The notes under the pieces were generated by a model, which saw only the letters and a list, made by a program, of their open reading frames with translations, ran no database searches and was not told the origin of the DNA. 64,000 bases of DNA from Yuukianura sp. NJ FZ-2021 (lineage: Eukaryota), in assembly GCA_046563655.1 (NCBI GenBank), contig CM102290.1, positions 4,898,001 to 4,962,000 on the forward strand. Direction: 5' to 3'. Positions 13,701 through 26,444 of the stretch are shown piece after piece. Position 1 is the first letter of the stretch, and each line of letters begins with the position of its first letter. The position numbers and the translations under genes are program-made.

Positions 13701-16700
13701 TTTGTTAGATCTCAGCCCGTAATTTTGGTATCGATTTACATAAATTAGAACGTTCTACTTGTCAAACTGATTACTAAACCCTGGAATTGGAATTATTTAG
13801 CTTGACATTTTAATTATACCGTTCCCTCTTAAATTATTTTTAGAATTAAATCTTGCATGAAATTAGAATGGAACTGTAACGGAAATGAAGTCTCTCAACC
13901 AAATACCGTCCTCCCGCAGTGCTTGCAACTCAAAATTTGTGCGTGAAACCTGCACTATTTACCTGTCATAATAACCTGTCTCATATAAATTGTAGGATGA
14001 CAAAGGGTGAGTCCTTAAATGCTTCTAATTGATGTAACCACTCAACTTAAATGGAATTTTATTAGGGTACTTGAGACAGACATAAAGGCCATAGAAGTAC
14101 AAAAGTTCAAGAAACCTGGAAAGAGTAAAAAGTGGAGCAGCAAAACAAACTTTGAGAGAAAGGAAGAAATTAGGGCGATGGGCCCTTAGTCTTTCTGGTC
14201 CCGTCAAGTGACGAATGACGACTTCTACGCCACTTTCTCCAACCCCGCCTAACGATGCTTCCACAACTCACTTTCTCTTCCTTAGACGATCACTAACCAT
14301 TTCCCGGACTTTCACGGTCAGCTATCATAAATTCCCTCCACACAAAAGTCATCCGTGCGTTGTTCCTTCCTCTAGACTCCTATGCTTACAGTACATAAGA
14401 TGATCCAGGCTAAAAAAAAGTAAGTGTTTAGTAAGTCTATAGGACTAGAATGAGGTTTCCCAACAGTAAACAAACATCCCGCCTCCTTCCAAAGGAAAAT
14501 TACAAATGTCAGAAACGCTCTCATAAGTCACAAGATTCCCAATTCTTTCACTCTCCCAACTTTAACGTCATCACCATATGGACCAACTGAACAAGAACTT
14601 TGCCAGTACTGAGCTAATGAAAAGCGGTAAATGATCACAGCTTCATAAATGGCACAAGATGCTTTGTACACAAAAAAAACTGTCTTAGCTTGAAAAAAAC
14701 GTGCTACAAAAAACTTTCACAGCCAAATTCTCTCACTATGAGGAAGCATTTACTCGGAGCGAGTGTTGGCCAATTCTAAAAATACGATTTGGTTGTTGCA
14801 TGATCCGAACCTTGTCTCCTACGCTAACAGGAAAAAGTAGAAACCGTGGAACTGTACTACAACTTAGTCTCTGTTCCTCTGAATCAGGTGGAACAAGCAA
14901 AAGAAGGAAGTCAAGTGACAAACGAACCGAAGGAGGTTCTCCCGTCTTCGCATAATAGGAAAAATATTATTAGACATTACTGTCGAGATTCACAATTTAT
15001 TTGGGAAGCATATGGGGGCTCTCTGTCGGCTTCCCAAATTCCCAGCATGTTGATGTAATAGACGATAATAGACATTGGAAAATTAAAGTGCTCCTCCCTA
15101 CCTTCCCTTCGCTTTCCACAACACCACCACAGTAGTATAAAACTAAAAACTACACACAAGTACTACGATAACCTAACCTTAACTTACAAAACGGAAGGGA
15201 AACCGGGTAACTGGGAAAGCGCTTCCCAATGTTACTTTTTGAGATACGCTTTTGCCTCTTTGGGGAAAATTGTTTCTTCCCCCTGTGTCATTCATCTCCC
15301 GTGCTTTTAAAAAGTTCTACTGGAAAACAGAAAAACTGTGTGCTGTTTCCCCCCATACCGTACCAATAAGCTTTACATTCAAATAAATATATCAACGACA
15401 GACACAACCATTCTAGTAGTAGATGCTACCGCCCATCCAAAACAACTTTCTGACGTCAACCTTGGCAGAAAATCATTCACGGAATCAAGCGGTCTGTCTT
15501 AAGTGTCAAGCCCAAACTTACCAAAACAATATCAAGCAAAGACGAAGCCCATCACTCATTTCCTAATCACGCCAAACCCATTCCCTTCATCCTTTCTGCA
15601 AAGAGTAGCATACTTTGCTAAGCTAAAAAATACTTCTCAAACGGCTGTTCCCTGCAACCAGCACTGTCTAGTCTAGATTCATATCTCCCCTCAAGAAGAA
15701 AGATGAACATGGACTAATTCTGGTAGAAAAGATTTCCCAGATAAGATTGAAGTGTTCAAATGTCGGCATTTGTGGTTTACAACTACGCGCCAAAACAGCA
15801 GCGACAAGCGTCCTGTGGACTAAACAACATTGACAATGTATAGCTTAACAAATCGTCTTATTCCGCCGTGCGACTAGTACTTGTACAGTATACATACAAC
15901 GGAAATCGTGTTGTGCTGTCTTGTGACACACAAACCAAAATTATAGGTAAATTTTGTTCGTTTTGGCGGGCATTGAGTCGTGAAAGCTGTCCTCGTTTCC
16001 AAAGTCCCTGTTCGTTAATTAGTATGCCTCTCTCTAGATTCATTTCTCAAGTCCCCGACTAACGCCGCCTTTCTCCATCAAAAACCACTGCCAATTTTAG
16101 ACTCCAAAAGATTCACTACAGTGTATTCTGCTCCTCCAGTCCAAATTAGAGCTTCCAACTTTACAGAGAAAGTTAGATGGAACTGCCACAAACAAACAAA
16201 TTTATTCAACTGTCTCTGACACCGCAATTCTATCCCATCATCTCGACTCAATTTTCCTCGACTTCAAAAGTTGAGTAATGAAACTCAATATCAATACTAT
16301 ACTAAACAGTCCACACAAACTATCTCTACACCACTGTCGATCTAAAACAAAAAAAAAAGATGGGCCAAAACTCATCGATTTTCTACCCACTCAAAATAAA
16401 CGAAACAGATCTTCCACAACTTTCTGTCCCATTATAACATTCGCCTGCAATTTTCCTTTCCAAATTTTTAGTACTAAAAGTAGTCTCCAATTTCCTGATA
16501 GCACTGTCAACTTTCCGAACTACGCAAACTCGCCTATAGACAAAAAAAAATATACAAACTGTTTTGCATTGATAAAATGTAAATAAACACAACAAAAAAG
16601 AAAATAAACACAACAAGAACAAAAAACGACACCTTTGGAGAAAATTTCTTTTACAAAAAATTTTCCCAATTTTTTTTTCTAAACTCGAAGAAAATTTTTG

Positions 16701-19700
16701 CAATTAAAAAAAAATCAAAACTCGAAACAAAATTCCTTTTACCGAACATTTTCGAAAAATTTTTTCAAACTTGAAGAAAATTTTTGTTAATTAAAATCAC
16801 AACTCTTTTCACTTTTTAAGATTTTGCATTATACAAACGTGTTTTCTTGATTATGATTTCCGAACAATTTTAAAGAAAGCACAATTTCTCCCCTCAATCT
16901 TACCAATTTACTTCTTGCTACTCCGACTTAACTAAATTTTAACAAAAAAATTATAAAAACTTGTGTCCAAAAAATGTAATGAGGAAAGTTTTCCTCTATA
17001 ATTTGTTAATAAAAACATTGACATTGAAAATGACTAAGTTGAGGTGACGCAACCAAATTACATAGTCCCAATCGTTTTTACCAAGATGTAAATGGATAAT
17101 AACATAGAATGAATAGAAAAACATTGTGAAAATGGGGAAACGTATACCACACACTGTTTTGCGGTGTCGTAACCCTCAAGTTGTTTTTTGGAAAAATAAA
17201 CAAATAAACACAAGACAAAAGTAGTTTCTGTTCCGAAAAGAAAACCCATTAAACAAAAGGAAAAGCAGATTGAGTACACACTAACTTATAGACTACAGAA
17301 AATAGTGTATACAATTCTGGTAAAAGCGATAATGCTGGGCAGTTAATCATAAAGCCGAAGAGAGAGTGAAAGTGAACTTACCTCGATGCCGATTTGTTTG
17401 TTTGTCAAACATAAGCATTGCGTCTTCAATCTGTTCAACAAAAACAAAAGGCATTTAATTTTCAGTAACACGCTGAAAATCCAACTATAACAATAGCTCA
17501 GTTCCAACTTCCAACTCTTTTTTTTACAAACATCAATCAATTTTTTGCACAGGAAAAGAAAGTTCTATTTCCGTTGGTCATACACTACCAAACCCCAGAG
17601 TCATTTTTGTTGTGGATTCAGAAATTCAACAAACAAGGAAACGTCGTTCCCTTTCTCACTCTTCCCACCGACGAAAACTCGGAAAGTTTTTACCAAAACA
17701 AGTTTTGAAGGAACAAGATCTTTTGGGAATGAGGCATGAACGTCCTGTTTTACGACTTTGAAAAAAAAAACACAAAGTATAGTATCCGCTGCCTCTTCCA
17801 AATCATGACACCATCCCTCGTAGTGGCCGTAACTGTACATGTAGTAAGTGGTGAGAAAATGGAATTGGAGCGGTAGAAGGGGGAAGCGGTAGGTTAGAGA
17901 AAGCTAGGCATCGACCCATTATGATTTGTTCCGCTCCAGAAACAAATGGAGCCGTTTTCTCGGCGACTTTTAGGAAAAGTCCTTCATTGTCATTTCCTCT
18001 TTTCTTTTCACTTTTCTGTGCCTCCCAAAGTCTTTAAGTGGTAAGAGTGGGATGATGGAACGATGGAATGGGCTATTCACCCATTCCATCGTTCCATTGT
18101 TTCTCACCCATCCCACTCAACAAGAAAGATGGGAACAGGATTCGAGTTATAACTTAAAAAGAGATTCATGTCCAGATTAGCACCATAGATGGACCGAAAA
18201 TAGGGTAAAAAAAAACTACCGCCAAAAACTCTTTTCTCCATCCCTTCAGGCGGCTCATTTTCTCCCATGTTTTTCGCGTATAAAGCCAGGTACGCATTAT
18301 TATTTTTTTTTTCAAAATTTCAACTCCGGTAGTGAAAGTTTTAAACAACATTTGACAATTTTAAAAAGCGATAGTGCACGACACGTTTTGATTAGGTTAC
18401 CGATTGCCTATGTTTTCCAACGTCAAAACTTGATCTAAAAGTAGACAAATAACTTTCACCTTTGACCTGTGATATTTTGAAACCCTCGTATCTGCATATA
18501 TGACGGATTTCGTTTTTCGTATCTTTTGAATTCTCCATAAAAGCACGTTTATCGCTTAATATGCCAGTTAAGTGCTCCGTAAAAAACCGCTTCACTTTAT
18601 CATGTGACAAAAAAAAATCGAGAAGATTGTTTGAAATCCGAAATTACAACTCTTCGTTTCACTTTGTATTAATTTCGGCGTTACTCCATTTATCTCAGAA
18701 ATGTTGAGTTTCGCTATAAAAGTGCTGAATTAAGTTTTCAACTAAACTGTAAAATCCGCACTTTTTCCAACTTCCCCATAAATAGATCATGTTCACAAAT
18801 GCGAAAACAACTTCAAATTCCGCGTTACTCTCAGCATGTAAAAAACTGAATGTTGACAAAAAATTTGGAAAAGCGAAGAAAATTGGGGCTTACCGGTCCA
18901 AATTGCTCAAAGTACGTCCGTACATCCTCAATGGTAGTGGGTGCCGAGAGTCCACCTACAAATATTTTTTTAGTCCGCGTCACCATCTGCAAAAAAGTAG
19001 TTTTAGTTGTATTATTAAAATTTTAATCCCGTCAAACCTATGGCATATACGTGGCTACATGAAACACAATTACAGGTTCACATGGACTGAAACGTGAACT
19101 CAACTTAATCTTGGCCAAAACCATAACTTTCTCCATTCTCTCCCTCCGCCCACATCTACCTAACATCCCTCTTTTATTAAACATTTCCCGGTTTTACAGA
19201 AATCCAACTAAAAATTACTCACAAATTCAACTAATTACACTTCTCCCTGACTCAAACTTGATTGACGAATAGTTGCACTGGGGTTTTAACATTAGACACA
19301 AAGCCAACGCCGAAACAGAAGACAGAGACATCCTTTTGTGAGTGAAATTCAATACTCCACTTCCTTCCACTACCAAAACACCGCCAGAAATTCTAAACAA
19401 CCAATACAAAACAATTTTCTAAGAAATACCAAGTCAAAAATAGCTCTTTCATCTTCCTTTCTTACATTCTCTGTGCAGAACGAAGAAAAAAATAGAAAAG
19501 AAAAATGTGTTCGAAGGATGATATGCAACATGTCCAGCCTTCCCTTCCAACAATTTCCTAGTCGTAGCCATTTCGGTCTAAAAAGAGAAAGTGGGGTTCC
19601 AAACATGTAAACAATCCCTGTAGAACTTAAGGCCAAAAACTACGAACACTTTCCACATCTTCTTTCTGCTTACCAAATGGAGCGAACATAGAAAAATGAG

Positions 19701-22700
19701 ATTAGAATATGGAGGCATAGTAGTTACTTCGTGGCATAAACAGTGTCACAACAGTGAACATGGAATGTACGCAGTAGTCAGCTAGCTCCTTCGTCTTCCT
19801 CCTTACTTTACTTGCACCACCAAGCAATAACCAAGCTTCGTAGCTCTCACTCCATGACATTTCTCAAGGCTTGCCGGAAACCTTCCGGCCAAAAAATAGC
19901 AAGGAATATGAACGGGAAGGAAAAGTCCGTCGGGGAGAACGACTGTATGCAAGTGATTTTGAATCTACTTGCTTTCTCTTCCTTTTCAAAAGACACGAGC
20001 AGAACATTTGAAAATGTCAAGATGAGGGAGAAAACGGCGGGATAGAAATAATATCAAAATGTGCACAGACCTCACATAACAAATCTTTGATGGTTTAAGA
20101 GACGGAGAAAGCAAAGGAAAAGTTTCTTGAGCTCAATATCTTAACGAAAGAAAGCGAACTTTATGAATCCAAAAGTGTACTAGTGTTGTAGTCCTCTGCT
20201 GGAAACTCCTATTACAACTACTCCCATGCTATTTGTACCAGACACGAAACGCCAAATGCTTTTCCTAATTCGATGATGGTGAATCCAAAATGAATGCTAT
20301 TATCGGACAACATGAAAATGAAGGGAACGGTCATGGCTCAGCAAACAGCGTTCTGCTCCTTTCCAATTCCAATCCTTCTCTTTCACTTTCCATTTACTTT
20401 CTCCACGGAACAACCAGCAGGAGAGAGAACTTTGGAAAGACGAAGGGAAAAAAAAGAAATTTAGTTTGACTAATACTGCAAACTACTTATCTACAGCAGA
20501 GGCTGCAGCCCAGACTACTGGAATTGAGACTAGGAGAAATGGAGAAAGCACAGTGAAAGTTTCGACACGTCAGAGCATCAGACGGGGACTTTCTCTGTGA
20601 AACGAGACCCTCAAAGTTAATATAAACCTTCTCAGAAAACCTAAGTAAGCACCTCAAAGATCAACGTTATACGAATGCGGCACACGGCACACACTTATTC
20701 CATACTTTTCACAGTTAAATTCAGCTATAACACAAACTTCTCAAACGAAACCTCTGCATGACCAAGTAACTTCTGACGTCAGTCAATAAAATCCGCTTTC
20801 AATCCCTAAAATTTCAACTGAAGCGAACGTGTCGCTGAATATCGACAGAAACCAAGGAAGGTAAAACCAAAAAAAAATGTAAATGAGTCACGTCACGCAA
20901 TACTACACTTTGCTTTACTCCTGCGTCGACATGTGTTAGCAAAACAGAGCCAAATTATTGTGAATCAAGGATTTTGGCTATGTTGATGTTCATATTGATT
21001 TCAGGAATCAATCTAAGGTATTGAGACTGCAAAAAGTAACTATGCTGGTTGCTCAGTTTTTGTTGATAAAATGCATTAAATCCAAACCACGTCTTTACGC
21101 TAGGTTAAATCAAACCAATGTTCCGAACAAAAAATGAATGCGGTTTTCCATTAAAAACGTCGTTTAAATGAATTGATCGTGTTCCATTCCCTGAGAGAGA
21201 GCATTCTCTGCCACCAACAATTCCCAGCAGTACAATATACTTCAAACAGCTTTACCTATATTTAAGTGCTAAAACTCGTGTGCTATCGTATTTTTTAGAA
21301 AGTAAATATAAAAAAGTTACCTTTGGATGAGCTCTCCTTGGGAATGCCACCTTTGGATCAATCTATAAAAAAAGAACGAAAAACGCAGTATGAGAAAAGT
21401 AGGGCAAAATCATTCCATTGTTTGAACCAAAATCCAAAGGACTCTTATGGAAATGGGCATTTAAAGTATTAGGCTGTTAGTCTAATTCGCGCATGTCGCA
21501 AATTAAAACTACTGTCGTCATGAGGCTAACAATTGTAGTCGTGCCAAATTCTCAAGAGGAAGATTTCCCATCCGTCACACGGCGAGAACAACAAGGAGGA
21601 GCAGGCATAATGGATATTATTGTAGAAAAAAAAACATATCCTGCCACCGCTTTGCTACTGCTAGTGCTGACCCCGATTTCCCAATCCCAACTTCAACTTG
21701 TGCCTCCCAACGTCATCTTCTCAAATTGGCATGAGCAGGTTAAACTTTTGAGTAACAGTTAATAGTCGCAGTAGAAATGGCACGTCGAAGGCTAGTACTT
21801 TCCAACTACTATTTCCTGTGGCAAATATCTCCAAATAATAAATAATTATATTAATTGTAATTAGAATTACCTTCTTTCCATCCAGCTCATGCGTCCCTTG
21901 GCCCAGCACCTTTTCCACTCCCGAAGGATCCGAAAACGTGACAAATCCGAATCCTCTGAAAAAAAAAAACAACAACATTAATTGACGTTCATCACAAGCA
22001 TAATCCAAACAGGAGATAAACTAGGACCAAAGCTCCTCGCCTGTGCTTTGCTTTAAGCATTTGAATTACTTTTCACAGCTTAGGCCACAAGAGCTATTTA
22101 ATTTAAACCTTTTAACATAAAAGTGGAAGTTGTTGCGAGATGTAACATCATGGCTATTTCCGACCCTGAAAAATTACTAAGCAACACTCTCCCTTGTCCC
22201 TGTCGACAGTCCACAAGCGAGATGCTCTAAGCCCTCCAATTCCTCTAACGTCCATGCCGAGTGGTGTTGAAGAGACGATGATGGAAGTAAATAGAGAGAA
22301 GAAACATAAGATAAATATAAATAAGCACTTAAGGATGAGCCTCCAAGTGATTATTACCATATAACCGTGCAAGATTATTAGTCAAGTAATATTTGTGAGG
22401 CATTTATCACTGCGTCCTCATATTCTCTACTAAGTTTTGTGATGCTTCTCAAGGAAACCGTTCTACAGTTACTATGTCTGTCCCATTCCATCTGAAATAC
22501 ACTTTTTAGACAACTAAATCCAGCACACCGTCCGTTCTCATCAACGCTCACAAAGTCCATGAAATAAAACCAGACTAGGCTCTTCAAAAGAAATATAGAA
22601 ATAGAAGTTTACGTCAGTAACATATCAGGAGAGGTTCCATGCCCATTCCTATGCTTTTAACGTACTATGAAATATTTTGTAGCCCTTGAACGTACTCAAC

Positions 22701-24506
22701 CTGGATAAACAGCATTTTGTCAGTAACGCATATTAACTGTTGTAAGTATGATGGAGGGTAAACAAACAAAACCCCGAATGAAATTGCCATAATCCATTGA
22801 AAACGATGGATCAAAAATAGATGGGATGTCGGCTATTGTCGCCACGGTGAAAGCTGTTTTTAAGGAGAGCGCAAGGTCATAAATACGCCACGCAGCTATC
22901 AAATGTGGAGCGCTCTTTTAAAATTTCTAACTTTGGAAATTGCAATTCAATGTTTCAGGGTGAAAGATACGTTGAGTCGGAAATAAATAGCAAACATCAA
23001 TTCAAGAACCAATTGGGATTGCCAATGTCGGTTTCTCTGAACCTTGTCCTAACCTTCGAAACTTCAAAAAGAGAGTGCAAAATTGTAAAACTTGCGAAAC
23101 CATGAATTCCTGAACAACTTCCATAACTGAAACATCTTAACCCTAATCGGCCTATTATGCAATTCAACTGAGAGAATTCACTTGACAAGACTTTTGCTGA
23201 TGATTCTATCTATGATAATAACAAGGTGACAAATCGAATTCTGGATCTCAGTATTCGACTGAGTGACACGGTTGAACTGAACATGCCTTAAGAAAAAGAA
23301 CTAACCTAGTATTTTTAGCGAGTACTCGACATCCTTCGAAGCAGCCCTATTTCTCATAATTCATTTCTATTAATGAAAACATTGAACATTAAGCTTACAC
23401 TAAAGCAAAATTAAAAGTCGAACTATAAATAAAAAAACAAACACAGATTGAATCTTTTCTACCTTGTCATTTCCATTGGTTCTGATGTCGACGAGAGCTT
23501 TGATTAACATTACAGAAAACTGGCTAAGCTAAAATCCTCAACGACAACTGCTACGCTCCTATTCAATTATCATAACCAACTAATTCTTATGTAAGAGTAT
23601 GCAACGTCATGGCGGACCAATGTAAATCCCAAATCCGTAACACATATGCTTCCTGTACCATGTCAAAGTCAATCCAGTATAACAACTCGTGTTGCCTGTC
23701 TTAGAAGAAGAAAAACGAAACTCACCTGGATCGTCTTGTTGTTGGATCCTTCATCACCATAACTTCTGCAATTTCTCCATATTTACTAAAATACTCGCGT
23801 AGACTCTCTGTAAAGAAGAACAAAACACGAATGAACTTTGAGTTTAAATGAGTAAACCAACCTAAAAAAGACTGAAGACGTTTTTAAAGATTCATTCTAA
23901 TCCAAACGTTGAATGACCTACCTGGACTAGTTTGCCAACTAAGCCCTCCAATGAACATTTTCCTGTTGAAACAAATAAATTACGTTTAGAGACAACAGTT
24001 ACGAAATACACACAAACAAACAAATGTAAAAGACGTAACCGGTTTTCCAAAGGACATGGACTACTACATGCGGAATCGTCAATCAAAGGGGAAGCCGGGT
24101 TATTGTAATCTGGAATGTTATAATTTTCGTCCCACAAGATCTTGGTTGAATTAACACTATACTCTAAATTTTGGAGTTCAGACTCAGTTGGTTCTGGCAG
24201 GTACGAGAAAATAACCATAACGTTATTGTAACTAATTAAAGACTATATTGACACTCTGACTCGAAAAGAAAGACTTGATTGACAATGTATGACTTGAATT
24301 GATTGATTATCGATGGGAAGTGGAGACAGTGGAGAGGAGACAGGGGATGGTGTGGACCGGGAGATGTGGCCACTTCCCGCCTAGTTAAAGGAGATGTCGG
24401 GGGTGTTTAAAGTTAAAAGAGTTTACCCGGGATCGTTGGGGACTTCTGCCTGGAGAGCACCATCTGAATTGTCCATCTTGACTATAAAATCTAGATCCTC
24501 ACTCAT
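7757..24506 (-). CDS. Rbp6: RNA-binding protein Musashi homolog (Rbp6-like), two RRMs; 9 coding exons: 24427-24506 (second in-frame ATG at 24476), 23922-23962, 23726-23807, 21871-21955, 21321-21362, 18894-18986, 17382-17430, 8250-8332, 7757-8131; ~309 aa (299 aa from second ATG)
   Basis: All junctions GT-AG and phase-consistent. Spliced translation reads [55 protein letters not shown]...[32 protein letters not shown]...[56 protein letters not shown], the diagnostic Musashi RRM1/RRM2 sequence. Confidence 0.96.
18045..18118. repeat. Inverted repeat / hairpin inside Musashi intron 6
   Basis: Perfect 18-bp arms 18055-18072 (ATGGAACGATGGAATGGG) and 18080-18097 (CCCATTCCATCGTTCCAT), 7-nt loop; extra 10-bp outer stem 18045-18054 / 18109-18118 across an 11-nt bulge. 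Confidence 0.9.
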
Positions 24507-24559
24507 AATCTGACTGTGATGCAGGGCTGTATCAGGAGTGTCCGAACCAGGGTGTACAT
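24503..24559 (-). promoter_or_regulatory. Candidate upstream ORF (18 codons) whose TGA overlaps the first in-frame Musashi ATG
   Basis: Minus strand ATG TAC ACC CTG GTT ... AGA TTA TGA; TGA (24505-24503) shares bases with the ATG at 24506-24504. Assumes the TSS lies upstream of 24559. Confidence 0.5.
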
Positions 24560-26352
24560 TAAGTAGTGTCAAGTAGTTGAGTTCCAGTTCTTACACACCG
24601 TGTCTTGTGTCACAGTCACTGTTACGCTCCTGTGCCCCTCTGTCAACTAGACAAAACTAAAGTCTCACTACAGTCGCTCAAACTACAAAGAGCTCTGAGC
24701 AGGAATACCTGGCCATTTTGACGCACAAGCTCCGCCCACCACACACAACCCGGGATTTCAACACACACGGCCACCACTCACTCTCGCGCACCACCACACT
24801 CACCCATACACAAAACAAACTACATAAATATTTATCTTATTACGAGAAATAATAACCAACCATATCTACTTATTCTGCAAAGAATGATTAATATTTATCC
24901 TTCGAAAATAATAATTCCCTACTCGTCCGAAAAGCATGCCAGAAACAAAGTATAATATTGATAAGTAGTTATTAACTTAGTTCACGATGATATTATTAAT
25001 ATCATATTATGTACGTTTATTTATACGTATTATGTAATAGCATAAATATAATGACTTTATGAAGAGTATTGAATGCAGTATTGAGAGCAGTATGCAATAT
25101 CAATAAGTTATTCAGCAGTATGTTCTTATCACGTTATTTTGATTAATTTATTTCGTTAAATACAAAGCGCATATTATCCAGTAGAAGCATGAGGATTTTT
25201 GTTTAATTAGATGACTATTAATGAATAATTTAAAAATTTATGAATCATATGCCTATTGTTGCATTGTATAGGTTCCAAATTAGCTGTTGTCGAATTACAA
25301 CCCTAGTTAGGTTTTTTTTGAGATCATATTTTTGATTTATTCTGGTAAATGTTTCGTTTTTTTAATTATGTTCTTAATTGTACCCACCTTTCTTACACAA
25401 GAAAGATCTATGGTACTACGCATTAACTATATTCTAACTAATTACTTATTTATATCTAGTCTAACCTACTTCGTTTATTTACAATCCCTAAAATAATTAA
25501 TTTACCTAAGTTATTTCTAATTTCTATATCAATTAATAACTACTACTTAATCCTGCACTTTAATCAATTGTCATAATTTTCCTTTTGCTCTTTTAGTAAA
25601 AGGTTTAGGTCTGACTTATGTACTGTTTTTTTTTCTTGGAAAAAGGGGTAACTTAAAAGTTTTGGGCTTTAAAATCACATGCGAAAATCATGCGCGGTTA
25701 AAATATATATTTTAGAATTAATTTGATGTCTGTTAATTGTTGGCAATGCGTGGCTGGAATTAACTTTGCGGCTGTAAGATTTTGGTGAAAACTCCAAAAA
25801 TTTTATAAAATGCCATGAATGCGACATACCATGAGCGTTATGTCAGCTGGTACTAGAAAATTTAATGTTTTAGTGAATTACAATTTAGGATTACAATAAT
25901 AAACTTTGTTACTGCTTAACTCCAGCTAGGCATAGGGAGAGTTTTCCAATTTAAAAAAATGAGTAAATAACCGTTTCCGTTAGGAAAATATTCTGACCGG
26001 TTGTCGGAGCGTTTTTCCTAGAGTGCGCGAAGAAAAGACCTACTACAGTTCATACAGTAAACCACGAGATGAGGCCAAGTTTTAGTAAATTGATTCAATT
26101 GATTAGTAAATATTCAAATGTAATTATTCAGATGCACATCAGTACTCAATACAATGCTGCTAGTCTCAACATGATTGTTTTCTAAAGCAGCTACAAAGGC
26201 CAAATGTCATAAAATTATTGGAATGATGCTAACCAACTCCATGCAGTGTTGGTAGTAGCAAATAAGTTGCCACTGAAGACTCTGTAGCGATCATTAGTGT
26301 TAATGACAATGAAATAAATCGGCAAGTTGTAATAGAAAACCCGAGATAGGTT

Positions 26353-26358
26353 TTTATT
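26353..26358 (-). terminator. Poly(A) signal AATAAA of RpL23A
   Basis: TTTATT on + strand about 90 nt downstream of the RpL23A stop codon. Confidence 0.6.
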
Positions 26359-26444
26359 AAATATCTCGCCCACTTTTAAAACGGTCGTGAAAGAAAAAAC
26401 ATTGAAGACTATACTTAGATGCAGATTGAACTTCAACATAACAT

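Noticed and set aside
15207..15235. Small hairpin GTAAC-TGGGAA...TTCCCA-AT-GTTAC
   Set aside because: Short and interrupted; expected by chance in 64 kb.
16681..16796. Imperfect ~29-bp direct repeat in an A/T-rich patch
   Set aside because: Low complexity, two copies, no terminal inverted repeats or target-site duplication to support a mobile element; not CRISPR-like.
24830..25600. Very AT-rich tract between the Musashi promoter and the RpL23A 3' end
   Set aside because: No organellar genes, ORFs or repeat units recognisable; ordinary intergenic DNA.
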